NCBI GenBank assembly: GCA_004431415.1
Contig: QPMI01000040.1
Coordinates: forward strand, 186,001-250,000
DNA from: Cyanophora paradoxa CCMP329
Taxonomy: Eukaryota > Plantae > Glaucophyta
Reading direction: 5' to 3'
DNA length: 64,000 nucleotides
In this document: positions 35,701 to 46,900 of the stretch, in pieces
Layout: each line of letters opens with the position of its first letter
Position numbering within the stretch: the first letter of the stretch is position 1
Program-made: the position numbers and the translations under genes
The notes under the pieces: model-generated
The model's database searches: none
The model's input: the letters and a program-made list of their open reading frames with translations, nothing else
What the model was told of the DNA's origin: nothing

Positions 35701-38700
35701 CGGGGCGGCGGGGCGCTCCGTGAGCGCGCAGAGCCAGGGAAGCTCCCATCGCAATCGTGTCGCATCCCACCCCACCCCACCCCGCCCCATCCCACCATTC
35801 TAGTCAAGGGGGGGAGGGCGGGGCGCACGAGGGCCTAAGGGGGGCTGAGCTTCGCGAGATAGCCTAAGGTGTCCTCTATCAACTCAAGACTATACCAAAG
35901 GCTTCATGTATCGTGCCCCACGCCACCCATCCCACCCGTCCCCCAATCCGAGGCCGGGAGAGGGCGGGGCGCACGAGGGCCTTGAGCTTGGCGATGTCGG
36001 AGCCGTGGATCGACTCGCGCTGGTCCATCCGGTTCCGCGCGATCTGCGCGGGCTCCGAGGGCGGCTCCGTGAGTGAGAGGCCAGCGACGGCGCGGAGGCC
36101 AGCGGCGCGTTGGAGCAGGGGTGGGGCGGGGTGGCGGGCGGGCCCCCTCTACTCTAGCAGACGGGCGGCGTCTGATCTGATCCCCAGCTGTCTAGCTAGC
36201 CCCCTCCAGCAGCCCAGCCTCAAGACGGACGTCCAGACCAGCCCCGCCCCGCCCCCCCTCCCTCCTCCTCCGCCCCCCCGGGGAGGCCAAGCTAAGGGAA
36301 AGGAGGCCCGGCCCGGCCCGGTGCGCCCCTCTAGCCCGCCTCCTCCTCCTCCTCCTCCGCCTCCTCCTCCGCCTCGCACCTCGAGCTGGGACTCGACGTG
36401 GTGGCCGAGCCGCGCGCACTCGTCCCGCGCCGCCGCCACCTCGTCCCCCACCGCCGCCTGCGGGAGGCTCAGAGGGCGCGCGAGAGATGCGGGAGACGCG
36501 GATCCAGAGAGCTCGGGAGGGGGCGACCTCTCTCGCAAGAAAGGAGAGCAGGACCTAGTATCTAGAGGGCTCTGCAGAGCTAACAGGACAACAAGGGATG
36601 GAGGGGAGGAGGGCGCACGCGGGCGGCGCGGATCTGGGACTCGACGAGGGCGCGGAGGGACTCGTTGGCGGCGCGCGTGTCCCGCGCCGTCCCCGCGATC
36701 CGCTCCGACAGGCCCCGCCCGATCTGCGGCGAGGGAGGAGGGGCGCGCAGAGGTCAGAGGGGGGAAGGGAGGGGAACCGAGCCCTAATCTCCTGCAGTGC
36801 CGGGCCGCTGAATCTTCTACAAGCCCAAACGGCCCAGGCGCGCGCAGGGCAGGACTCAGCGCTGCCCGGGCCCCAGAGAGCTTCCAAAGCCCTCGACGCC
36901 CCCAGGCGGACCTCGTCGGCGGAGGCGCGCATGCGCGTCGCCTGCTCCTCGAAGCGCCGCAGGCCCTCCTGAGGGGGGCGGAGTCAGGGTCCAGGGGGTG
37001 GGGGTGGGGTGGGGTGGGGCGGACGAAGAGAAGGGGGGGGGGGGGGGGGGGGGGGGAGTACGCGCCTGGACGGACTTGGTGACCTTCTCGTTGCGGGCCT
37101 TCGCCTCCTCGCTCACCGCCTTGATCCCTGCATGCCCGAGGGATAGGATAGGGTGAGCTCTAGGCCCTAACTTGAGGCCCTTCAGCTTCAGCCTAACGAT
37201 CCTTGACTTTCAGCGAAGGTTCTAGAACAGATACTGATTAAGCTTAGACTCGTTTCGGATTCGCACCGTCCTGGCACTTGTTCCAGGTGTGCTCGAGGGA
37301 CGAGAGGAGCGCCTTGCGGCCCTGCGCGCGGCGCGCGGGGCGGGGCGGGGCGGGGCGGCGCCGGTCAGCGGGCGAGGCGACAAGGAATGGGCGGGCGACC
37401 GGGCGACCGCCCGCGGCTCTGCTTCTTTGGGGGGGAGGAGGGGGGGGGGTACCTCCTCGTTCCAGGCCTTGAGGCGCGCGTCTCCCGCGTCCGCGTGGCG
37501 CTTGCAGTCCTGCGGGATCGCGGGGGCGGGCGTGGCGGCGGCTCGGTTCAGCTCAGGAGAACGAGGAGGACCCGACAGGGGAACGTTCGCCGGCTCGCTC
37601 GCCTCAAGGAGCCGCTGGAAGCGCTCCTGCGCCTCCCGCGCCTCGGCCGCCATGCGCTCCTCCAGCAGCGCCCCCGCCCGCGCCCCCTCGTCCACCTCCA
37701 AGGGGAGTCAGGGGGGTACGGACGCTGCGGGGGGGCGGGGGTACCAGGCCCTCCAGGCGCTCGAGATCCCTGGCCCAGCGCGCGCCGGCGTCGTCCAGCG
37801 CCGCTCGCCCCGCCGCCTCCCCTCTCTCCACGCGTCCGGCAAGCGCCTTGCGGGGGGTACGGGTCGGAAAAGGGGGGAATGAGCAGCGCGGGGGTACAGC
37901 CGCACGCGAGCGACGTCCTTGAGGCGATCCCGGAGGGCGTCCACCTCCAGCCGGTTCGAGACGGTTTCCTGTGGGGCCCCGTCAGGGGTACGGCGTTTCG
38001 CGAGAAGAAGGGAAGGGGAAGGGGGGGGGGTACCTGGAGGGCGCGGTCTGCGGCGGAGCGGGCGGCGGCGGCGTCGCCCGCGGGGCCCGCGACGCGGTCG
38101 TCCACGTGCGAACGAAGATCCTGCAGCTCGCCCTGCGCGAACGAAGTTGGGTGGCCGCCGCGGATCGGAAAGGGCGCCGCGCGTATTCGAACCTGGATGT
38201 CGCGGACGGCGGACCGCAGCTCGGCCAGCTGGGCCTGAAGGCTCCGGACAAGGCCCGAGTCCTGCGGGCGGCCGCCTGAGGAACGGAAGGGGGCGGGCGG
38301 GCGGGCAGGTGGGCGGGGCGGGAGGGGGCGAACCGGGGGCAGGCCAGCGAGGCCCCCGGCGCCCGGACCCGATGAAGGGGTCGACGAGGCCGATGCGAGT
38401 TGGGCGGCGGGTACGGAGGCGGCCGGAGCCGCGAGCGCCGGGGCCGCGGCTGCGGGGGCCGCCGCGGCAACTGGGGCCGCCGGGGCCGCCGAGGACGCGG
38501 GCGGCGGAGCCAGGGACGGCGCTGACGGCGTCTTCGCGGCAGGGGAGGCGTTAGGGGGGCCGGCGTTCAAGGCGGGAGGGCCCGCGCTCGGAGTCGGGCC
38601 GGCGGGCCCCGCTCCGGTCTTCGCATCCGGCTTCGCCTCTGCTTTCGTGTCCTGCTTCGCCTCTCCTTTCGCGTCCTGCTTCGCAGGGAGCTGCATTGGC

Positions 38701-39462
38701 GGGGGCGCCGCGGGCGGCTGATTGACGATCTTCGGAGATGCGGCGGCGGATGTGCTCGGGCTTGTCTCCTCCTGCGTTGCGGCGGGGTTCGAAGCGGGAT
38801 GCGGGCGGCGGGAAACGGGCTGCGGGCGGCGGCAAAGCGCACGGATGCGGAGTGTTTGCGCGTGAAGAAATCGGCGACCTTTCTGACAAAGGACGCGTTC
38901 TCTTCGGGATGCGGCGCGGCAACCGCGGCTGCAGCCGGCGCTGCAGGTGACCGCGCTATCTGAACGGCCTGTGGGGTCCCAGGCGGCGTGCTCACGGCCG
39001 GCGATGCCGTGTTACGCGTCGCGCTCTCTGCCAGAGCCTTCTTTGCCAGCTCCACAAGATTCTCTGCGACGGCGGTCGGAAGGGCCAGTTCAACGGGGAA
39101 GCGCTCGAGGCGGGCGGGAAGGTGACGCTCGCGACTAATGCAATCTCTGCATGCACATCGCAACTCCTAAGCGGCGGCGGCGGCGGCGGCGCCCGCCCGC
39201 GTCGCGATAGAGCTCGTACGCGTGCCGGCCCCTCGCCCATCGCATTCTAGGACGCACGGCGAGACGGCGCCCGAGCGAAAGGTTCGTGTACGGGCTCCTG
39301 AGGTGCCGCCGGCGCCGTCGACGCCCCTTCCTTCGCCTCGGGCTTCGGCGCTGTCAAGCTCGACGACCTGTACAGGCCGCTGCCGCCGGCGGGGAGCTGT
39401 CCTTCCGACGACGCGTCTGTTACCTGCGAGAGCCGAGGGTGGCGGTGCTTTTCTCGCTGCAT
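32757..39462 (-). CDS. Long coiled-coil protein with Ala/Pro-rich N-terminus, function unknown
   Basis: Many small heptad-rich exons: VRSLQAQLAELRSAVRDIQ, EERMAAEAREAQERFQRLLE, EGLRRFEEQATRMRASADE, ASELAARVEQHRQAAADEAQKI, DAKLRERIEQEQAELRAQVD, AILLVKRELDAMRARLETLQAQ. Start and stop are uncertain. Confidence 0.7.
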
Positions 39463-40006
39463 CCGGCGCGAACCTCTCCACCGGGGTACACGCGCGTGCG
39501 TCGCCAAGCTTGCTTGCGCAGGGTTTGGGGACGGTCTAACGCACGCGCGCGTACGGCACTTGCGTCGCAGGCGGATTCGACTGGCTAGGTCGGGCCGAGC
39601 GTGAGCGCTAGGTCCAGCGGCGGCAGCGCACCGCGGCCCCGCGGCCGGGCTGTGCGCATATGCATGCCGGCGCTGGCCATGGCCATGGCGCCAGCGCCGC
39701 CGCGCGCGGACCCGCCTGCGCAGCATGCGCAGTGCTGGTAGCAGTCTGCTGGAAGGTTGGACCGTTGAACGTGCCAACTCAACATAGCGGCCGCGAGCGG
39801 CAGCGCTAGCGCTGGCCATGGTTGCAATTGCAGCCCGGCCCCCTGATACCGATCATGACCCGCCGCCGGGCCCGGCCCTATACAGCTAGCCCTGCGCATG
39901 CCAGCTGCAGGCCCTAGGCTGCCCATGCATGCGCGCGATTGGCATAGCGCAGTCCCGGCAGGGCCGCATGCGCAGCAGGCATCGCGGCGCGTCGCAGAAG
40001 CTACAG

Positions 40007-40948
40007 TCAGTTGTACTTGAACAGCTGCATGCCGAGCCAGTTGAAGTAAAGGAGGACTGCGGCGACGGGGACGGTGGCGGGGGCCAGGAGGCAGTAGTAG
40101 CGGTCGGCGGCGAGGGCGTCCAGGGCCGGGATCCCGAGCGGCGGGAGGGCCTTGGAGAGGAGGAGGCCGTGCAGGGAGAGGGCAGCGAAGAGGAGTACGA
40201 GGGCGCCGCAGGCGTAGCCGAAGGCGGGCGGTGGCAGCCGGCGCCGCGGGAAGCGGCGGGAGATGCCGAGGGGAAAGGGCGCGCCGGGCTCGTACCACCA
40301 GGAGAAGTGGTCGTTCTCCCGAGGGCTCTCCGGCTTCCAGATCGCGCAGGCGTCGTCCCCGTCCGAGCCGCCGTCACTCTCGCTGGGCGCCAGCTCGTCC
40401 GGGGTCGCGACCCGCAGCTCGGGTCGACGCGTCCTGTCGGACCGCTGCGCGACGCGCTCGGCCGCCTGCTGCTGGTCGGAGCAGGACGGCGTGGATGCGC
40501 TAGGGGGCGCGGCGACGTCCGCTGCATTGCCGTTGACGTGCTCGCTGGGTATGCCGCTGGATCGGGCGGCCGCGCGGTGAGCCGCTGTCGCGAAAGACAA
40601 TTCGCTCGAGACGCCCGAGGATGCCTCCCCATGCTGGCGCTGAGCGATCTGTGCTTGGGGGCCGCTAGCCATGTACGCGGTAGCTCGCTCTTCAGTCTGC
40701 TGATGTCGAAGATGAAGGCCGAGTGCTGAGTAGGAATCCGCGTGCGCTCCTCCGATCCCTGCTGCCGGCGCTGGCGCGGCTGGCGGTCGGTGGACACTGG
40801 GATGCTCCGCGGGGCACGCTGCGGCCAGGCCGGTCGCCAAACTGTGCGGTATCGCCGCGGAAGCGATCATTGTGGCGGGTGGCTGCGACGGAGGCTCGTC
40901 GCCAGCGGCTACCCGCCGCCGTTTGCGCATGTGCTTCCCGCCGCCCAT
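40007..40948 (-). CDS. PIGY: PIG-Y domain protein (GPI-GlcNAc transferase subunit Y) with long N-terminal extension
   Basis: C-terminal two-TM region GYACGALVLLFAALSLHGLLLSK..DALAADRYYCLLAPATVPVAAVLLYFNWLGMQLFKYN* matches the PIG-Y pattern D.YYC.L.P...P.....Y.NW.....F..N. Start is uncertain. Confidence 0.8.
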   Translation of the reverse strand: MGGGKHMRKRRRVAAGDEPPSQPPATMIASAAIPHSLATGLAAACPAEHPSVHRPPAAPAPAAGIGGAHADSYSALGLHLRHQQTEERATAYMASGPQAQIAQRQHGEASSGVSSELSFATAAHRAAARSSGIPSEHVNGNAADVAAPPSASTPSCSDQQQAAERVAQRSDRTRRPELRVATPDELAPSESDGGSDGDDACAIWKPESPRENDHFSWWYEPGAPFPLGISRRFPRRRLPPPAFGYACGALVLLFAALSLHGLLLSKALPPLGIPALDALAADRYYCLLAPATVPVAAVLLYFNWLGMQLFKYN

Positions 40949-41214
40949 CTGCGGCGAGCGTGAGACTAATGGCACGTGCACGCTTTCGCATGAGCTTCTA
41001 CGCACCAGGGCGATTACCGGCGTGCACACGCTCCGTGCACGGGCTCCTCGGGAGCCGTGAGCCCGCACCGGGTCAGTAATGTGTCGGCGTCGAGCTGTAG
41101 CGGGCTCGTCGGCAGCAGCACAAGCCGCGTCAGCTGCCGAAATCTCCTGGCGGCAAGCTTGACGGGTGATTGCAATTGAGCCGAGGGGGGGTGGCTCAAA
41201 TTTGATCGCCCCCG

Positions 41215-42216
41215 ATGGCCGGAGCGCCGCCGTGGGGCGTGCTGGACGCTCTCCAGGCGGAGGCGAAAAACGATTTCTTCATCACATTCAACGCCGACGG
41301 CGAGGCGATCGAGATGGCGCGCCCAGCAAGCGCTGCCGCCGGGCGCCTAGGCGTCGAGCTGACCTTGCAGCAGGTGGCCACGGATGTGTCGCGCACGTAC
41401 AAGCTCCGCGCCGACTTGAAGGCCTTCGACGCGGCTGTGCGCAGCCGTATGCATGTTCATCGCCGCAGGCGAACGGCTAAGGGCTGCCGCGCGCAGAGGC
41501 GAGAAGCGGCTCTGGACCCTTCCTGGAATGCGCTGTTCCACTCCATTCGTGGCGCTCTGCAGACCGGAGACGTCGAGGTGCAAGTCCCCGACGCTCTCAC
41601 CGCACGGGCGGCGCTGCGCATCACGTTCGCCGTGGCGTCCTTCCGCATGCGCATCGAGTTCCCGCTGGAGCGCGTCGACGAACTGTCGTCGCGGGACCTG
41701 CTGCGCTCCATCCTGAGGCGCGCGTTCCGGCGGAGCTCGAGCCATGGCCAGACGGATGCCGCAGCGGCCCAGGTGCGCCAGCGTCACCTTTATATCACGT
41801 GTGGGCTATCGCTCAGTCGCTGCCAGGCTGCGCCTGCCAGGCCGTCAGCGGCGGAGCAAGCAGCGCCGGCGGCAGCTGCTTCGGGCGCATCGGCTCAAGG
41901 CAGCTTGACGCTGCAGCAGCTGAGGGAGAAGAACAAATATAAAGCGCAACTCGACGAGCCGTGCGCCGCGGCCTCGGCGGCCTCGTCTTCAGCTGCGGAC
42001 GTGCACGGGACCAGCGCTAGCGCTGGCGCAAGCGCGGCCTCGCCGCCCCCACCAGACGCTCCCAGCCGGCCGGCCGCCGAGCCGGCCGCGGCGCCGGCTG
42101 CACCTGCAGCAGCGCCTCCCGCGAAGCGGAAAGCGACCGGGCCGCTGGTCAAAGGTGCCGGGCGCCGCAGGGGCGCCGGGGCGCGCCTAGACCTCGACGG
42201 CGATGACGACTCGTAG
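41215..42216 (+). CDS. PAXX-like (XRCC4/XLF/SAS-6 superfamily) NHEJ accessory factor
   Basis: Head region VATDVSRTYKL..DPSWNALFHSIRGALQTGDVEV..RIEFPLERVD followed by a short helix, a disordered tail and a terminal basic-hydrophobic-acidic motif (GRRRGAGARLDLDGDDDS). Resemblance to plant PAXX-like proteins is from memory. Confidence 0.55.
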   Translation: MAGAPPWGVLDALQAEAKNDFFITFNADGEAIEMARPASAAAGRLGVELTLQQVATDVSRTYKLRADLKAFDAAVRSRMHVHRRRRTAKGCRAQRREAALDPSWNALFHSIRGALQTGDVEVQVPDALTARAALRITFAVASFRMRIEFPLERVDELSSRDLLRSILRRAFRRSSSHGQTDAAAAQVRQRHLYITCGLSLSRCQAAPARPSAAEQAAPAAAASGASAQGSLTLQQLREKNKYKAQLDEPCAAASAASSSAADVHGTSASAGASAASPPPPDAPSRPAAEPAAAPAAPAAAPPAKRKATGPLVKGAGRRRGAGARLDLDGDDDS

Positions 42217-42423
42217 CTAGTTGTATAGGCCCCGAGTGGCAGGGCGGGCCGCCAAGCGGGGGGAGAGCTCTCTGTTAGTTATACTGAATTTCTGATACCA
42301 ATAATCATTCTCTTTACGTAAACTATTCCTAGATTATGTCGATTGCGTTGCATGTTGTATGTAGCTCCCAGCGCAAGCTTTAAGCCCTGCTGCAGCCTGG
42401 GCGGCGCGCGGATCCGGACTCGG

Positions 42424-43519
42424 CTATGGCTGGTAGGCCAGAGCTCTGCATACAGGGCACTCGGGGTGGTCGGGGAGCCACTGGCTGATGCAGTTCCGAT
42501 CTGGGGGCGAAACTCAGCGATGCCGGGCGGGTGTGTGGCCGGGCGGGCGGGCATAGAGATGCGAGCGAGAGAGAGGCAGAGAGGGCGCACGGAAGATGTG
42601 GCTGCAAGGAAGCGAGTTCACCTCGCATCCCTTCGAGAGGGGATCCAGGCAGATGGAGCAGGCGTCCGGGTGGTTCTCGGTGAGAGTGTACGCCTGAGAG
42701 GTGATGGACGCGGCCGCCGCGCGGTGCTGCAGGGACAATAGATCGGTAAAGGAGGACGAAAGGGGAAGAAGGGGGGAAGAAGGAAGCGGGGCCCGCGCAC
42801 CCGTTCGCGATTCTCGATCTCTTCTTGAGACTCCGTGCGAGCGGCGGCCGCCATTTGCCTGGAAAAGGAAAAGCCGCGCTAATAAAAAACTCACGAGCAG
42901 AATTTCTCTAAGTTATCTGAAAAACCGACCCTCTCAAATCGCCGAGGATAGACTGCATCATAGAGGAGACCGCCCGGAACTCCTGCGGCCGGGGCTCAGC
43001 CTCGCGCAAGGAGCGCGGCACCGCCGGCGCCTGCCTGGAGCTCGTTCAGTATTCTCCTAATGTGAGTCTCCCGCACGAGCCTCACGTCCGGGACTGCGCC
43101 CCCGGAAACGAAGCGATCAGGCAGCGCAGCGACACGGCCCATTTCGCGCCGCCGGGCCAAGTGGCGCATGCGGCTATACGACAACGCACTCGGACCCTCT
43201 ACATCGTCGTCCTCGTCTGCGAGCGATCTCCTCCAAAACGCGGGACCCGTGATGACGACTGCAAGGAGCATGAGCTGCGGTGCGGCACCGCGCGGGCCCT
43301 AGATCCGGAGCTCTTACGCACCGCTTCCAAAGGGGCTGGACGTAGGAAACGGGGAATCAGAGTGGGGCGAGAAGGGACGGGCGGGGTGCTTGCGTGCCTC
43401 GAGTAAGTAAACGATGATGGCGGCGGAGCTGCTATGACGCGCACGCCCGCGGGAGCGTGGCTCGAGCTTGGTTGTGCCCAGGACCGCTGCTGGGCGGTCA
43501 TGCTCGAGGTGGCGCCCAT
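42424..43519 (-). CDS. RING-H2 E3 ubiquitin ligase
   Basis: Spliced C-terminus DACSICLDPLSKGCEVNSLPCSHIF|HRNCISQWLPDHPECPVCRALAYQP* (C3H2C3). Upstream exons are less certain. Confidence 0.85.
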
Positions 43520-43921
43520 GGTGGTGCTACGTGGGATCGGCTGCGGCGGCGGGCCGAGTCCCCCGCCCCCGGGGCTGCCGCGATCGAGGGCAGTATAGAT
43601 TCAGGCGCGGCTCAGCTAGTCTAGGACTCGGGGCCGCCGTGAAAGCTGCTGCTTCCGTCGGAGCCTTGCCGTTAGTGGAGGCGCGACGATCTCCTGGCGC
43701 AGGCGGTCTCTGTGCACAAGGCAGTCGTTCGCGTGATACAAGCGACAGCTGGGCACGGTTTCAAGGGCAGTTGAAGGGCTTGCTCAGGGGGTACACGCGA
43801 TTCGCGAAGCCTACTTGGGCAGCTGGCCCTGGAGTCGCAAGCAGTTAGCGAGACTCTGTAGCGCGCATACTGAGCACCGCGAGAGTTGGCTCTAGCGGCT
43901 GGCACACAAAGCTAAGGAGCG

Positions 43922-46900
43922 ATGGGCAACGCCGCAGTGGCAGTGCCGGCGGCCGTGCCGACGACCAAGGCGCTGACAGTCGATCCACCGGAGCCTGGTG
44001 CGCCCGGCCGGCCCCTCCGCTTTGCGTGAAGCTGACCTTCAGCGCCCGCGCGCCGCCTGCAGCACCTGGGTGAGTGAGCTCTGAACCAGCAGTCTGCAAG
44101 ACGTCTGCTTCGTCGGCAAGGCGCCCCTGACCAGGCTGCTTCACCGACCGCCGCTCTTGAGCGCAGGTCCACAGGCGCGGAGCGGTTCGCAACGCATGCG
44201 GTCTTCAAGAAGAACAATGCAGTGCGGCCGCTCATCTTCGGGTGCGCGAGCCTCGCGGCGTGCCGCGCGCGGCCCAGGCGTCCAACTCGGAACCGCGGGG
44301 CGCCCGCAGCTACAACGGCGCGCCGCCGTACCAGCGGGGCCGCGCGGTCGAGAGCTCGAACAGGGGGATACAGCAGGGGCTGGACGGTATCGTCGTCGAG
44401 GCTATGTTCTCGTTGGAGAACTCGCAGGACATCGTCATCGCCAGCGAGTACCGCGACCTCGTCCCCGGTGCGCCCGCGGCCCCGCGTACCCCCGCCAGGT
44501 CACCGCCCTCTGATGCCGTACCCAGGCGAGAACGACCTCGACGTCATCACTACGAAGGCGCGCCTCGAGAAGGCCATCAACCCGCAGGGTACGCGATTGA
44601 AGTCCCCTTGCCACCGCTCCCACGTTCCCGCCCTGATGCGCACGCGCCCTCGCCAGACGAGCGCATGAAGGACGTGTTTCTCGAGGATTTCCTCACTGTG
44701 TTCAAGGCGCGCCCCAGTCCGACTCTCGCGGCCTGTGGTACGCGGCGCTCGTCTCGTCCATTCTGAGGGGGCGGGGGTACAGGAGCGGACGATCGTCGTG
44801 ATCGAGCTGAAGGCGCACGGCCAGCGGAAGGAGGAGCTGTCTAGGGTGCTGCGCCCCCTTTTCGCGCCCCGCCCTCTGAGCCGCAAACGAGCGCCGTACC
44901 CCCCGCAGCGCGTCGCGGAGATCATCGATCGGTGCCAAGCAATCGACAGCGTCGTCATCGCCTCGGCTGACAGGTACTCCTTCCTCTTTTTCCCCTACCC
45001 GTCCCTCGCACCAACGGCGTACCCTTCCCCACAGCACGATCCTCAACGCGATGCGGAGGCACTCCCCCGACGCCATCCTCGCGGTCCGCGTACTCCCCTC
45101 TTCCGCACCCATACCCCGAGGATCCGAGCGCGTGTACCCCCCAGGTCACGTACCGGAAGACGCACAAGCTGTTCGAGGGCAGAAAGGCGGGGTACCCCGA
45201 GCCCTCGGGCGCCAAGCAGGCGAGCCCCCCCCCCCCTCTCCGTTCCGTACCCCCCCGCCCCGCGTTCCCGACCGACCGGCCCGCCGCCAGAACGTGCACC
45301 CCTTCCGATCCGAGTACTACAGGGCGGTCCGGGGCGACATTGAGGCCCGCAAACTCGACATCAACGCCGTCGACATCGTACCCCCCGCTCCGCCCTCCCG
45401 CTACCCCCCCACCCCCTTTAAGGCGCGATCCCCCCGCAGGACGCCTCGGTACTCGACAAGAACTGCATACCCGAGTTCCGGGACGAGAAGGTGGTCGTGG
45501 GGGTACGCCTCATGATGGACGAGCGCGGCCGCAAGGCCGACCGCGACGTCCTGGAGGCCCTGTACCCCTCGGTCCGTCTCCCCCCCGCATCTCCCTTGTG
45601 AACTCGTACCCCCGTCTTCGCGCCTCACGCTTCGAGAAGGTCGCGTTTGTCGTGTCGAGGGACCCTGTCGTCGCCCTCCAGTGGCGGGCGGAGCTCCTCA
45701 CTGAGCGAATCCGGCGGAACGTGGGGCTTCCCGGCCAGGTGCCCCTTCCCCCACTCCCGGGGTACGCGGCGCTGCGGCCTGAAGGCCTGCTCCGCAGGGC
45801 CGATACACGATCCGCGTCAAGACGGGGTACCTCCCCCAGGGGGGTACCGACGCGCAGCCGTACCTCAGGGCGAGCCGCGCCCCCGCACCCCTCCCCGCCT
45901 CCCCGGCCCAGCTCACACCGGGCGGGGTACGCAGCTCACGGGCCTGAGGGGCCACGGCAAGATCGTGCGGCTGGGCCACCGCCACCACGCGTGCTTCCAG
46001 GTCCGCAGACCGCGGGGTACAGTAAAGTTTCGGCTCTGAGCTCCGCCGCCAGACGGGTCGCTCGGACGTTTTTGCGCTCGAGGAGGAGGACCTGGGCCCC
46101 CTCCAGTACCTCACGCTGCGGCTCAGGGGCGAGTCCCCGAGCGAGCGCGGCTGGTACCTCGAGTACATCGAGGTACCCGTACCCCCCTCCGAGCTATTTT
46201 TAGCAGATCAGATCTTCTTCATCTGAGTTTCTCCGCTCAGATCCACGATCGGGGCGGCCTGGGCGCCACCAAGCCGGAGGTCTACATCTTCCCCTACATG
46301 GATTGGGTACGCGGTTTCATGGCCGTGAAGGGGGTACGGCGTCCTCACAGGGGGGTACGCGGCAGGTGAAGTGCGTGACGACGTCGAACGTGGAGGGGGG
46401 GGACCCGACTGCGGGGCTGGTGCGGGCCTGGCTATGAGAGAGTCGGCCGAGCCGGCCTGGCCGGCCCCGTGGCGCTCACGCCTCCCCCCTCCCTCGCTCA
46501 GGTCCGCATCGAGCGTCCGCTGCTCTTCGGGCGGTCCCTGGCCGGGCCCATCGAGAAGCTAAAGGCGGACATCAAGACGGGTGCGCCCGTCCCGGAGCCC
46601 GAGCCCCGAGCCCGATACCCCGCCCGCACCGGCCTGACATCGTCCTTCGCAGGCGACATCATCCTGTACAGCGGCGGAAGCATCGCAGACGAGGCTGCGA
46701 AGCTGCGGTCAGGCTCCAAGTTCACACACGCGGGGGTACGACGTCAAACCGCTCTCGCGCGCGGGCCCGTGGGGCGCCGCACGACCGTACCCCGCAGATC
46801 GTGATCCGCGACGGCGCCGACAACAGGATTCTGGTATACGAGGAGACGCTGAGTGCGCACGTACCCCTCACCGGCCTCCCGGCCGCCCAGCCCAACCCCG

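Noticed and set aside
27385-39462. NLR immune receptor (CC-NB-LRR)
   Set aside because: No Walker A/B or NACHT/NB-ARC motifs were found between the coiled coil and the LRRs.
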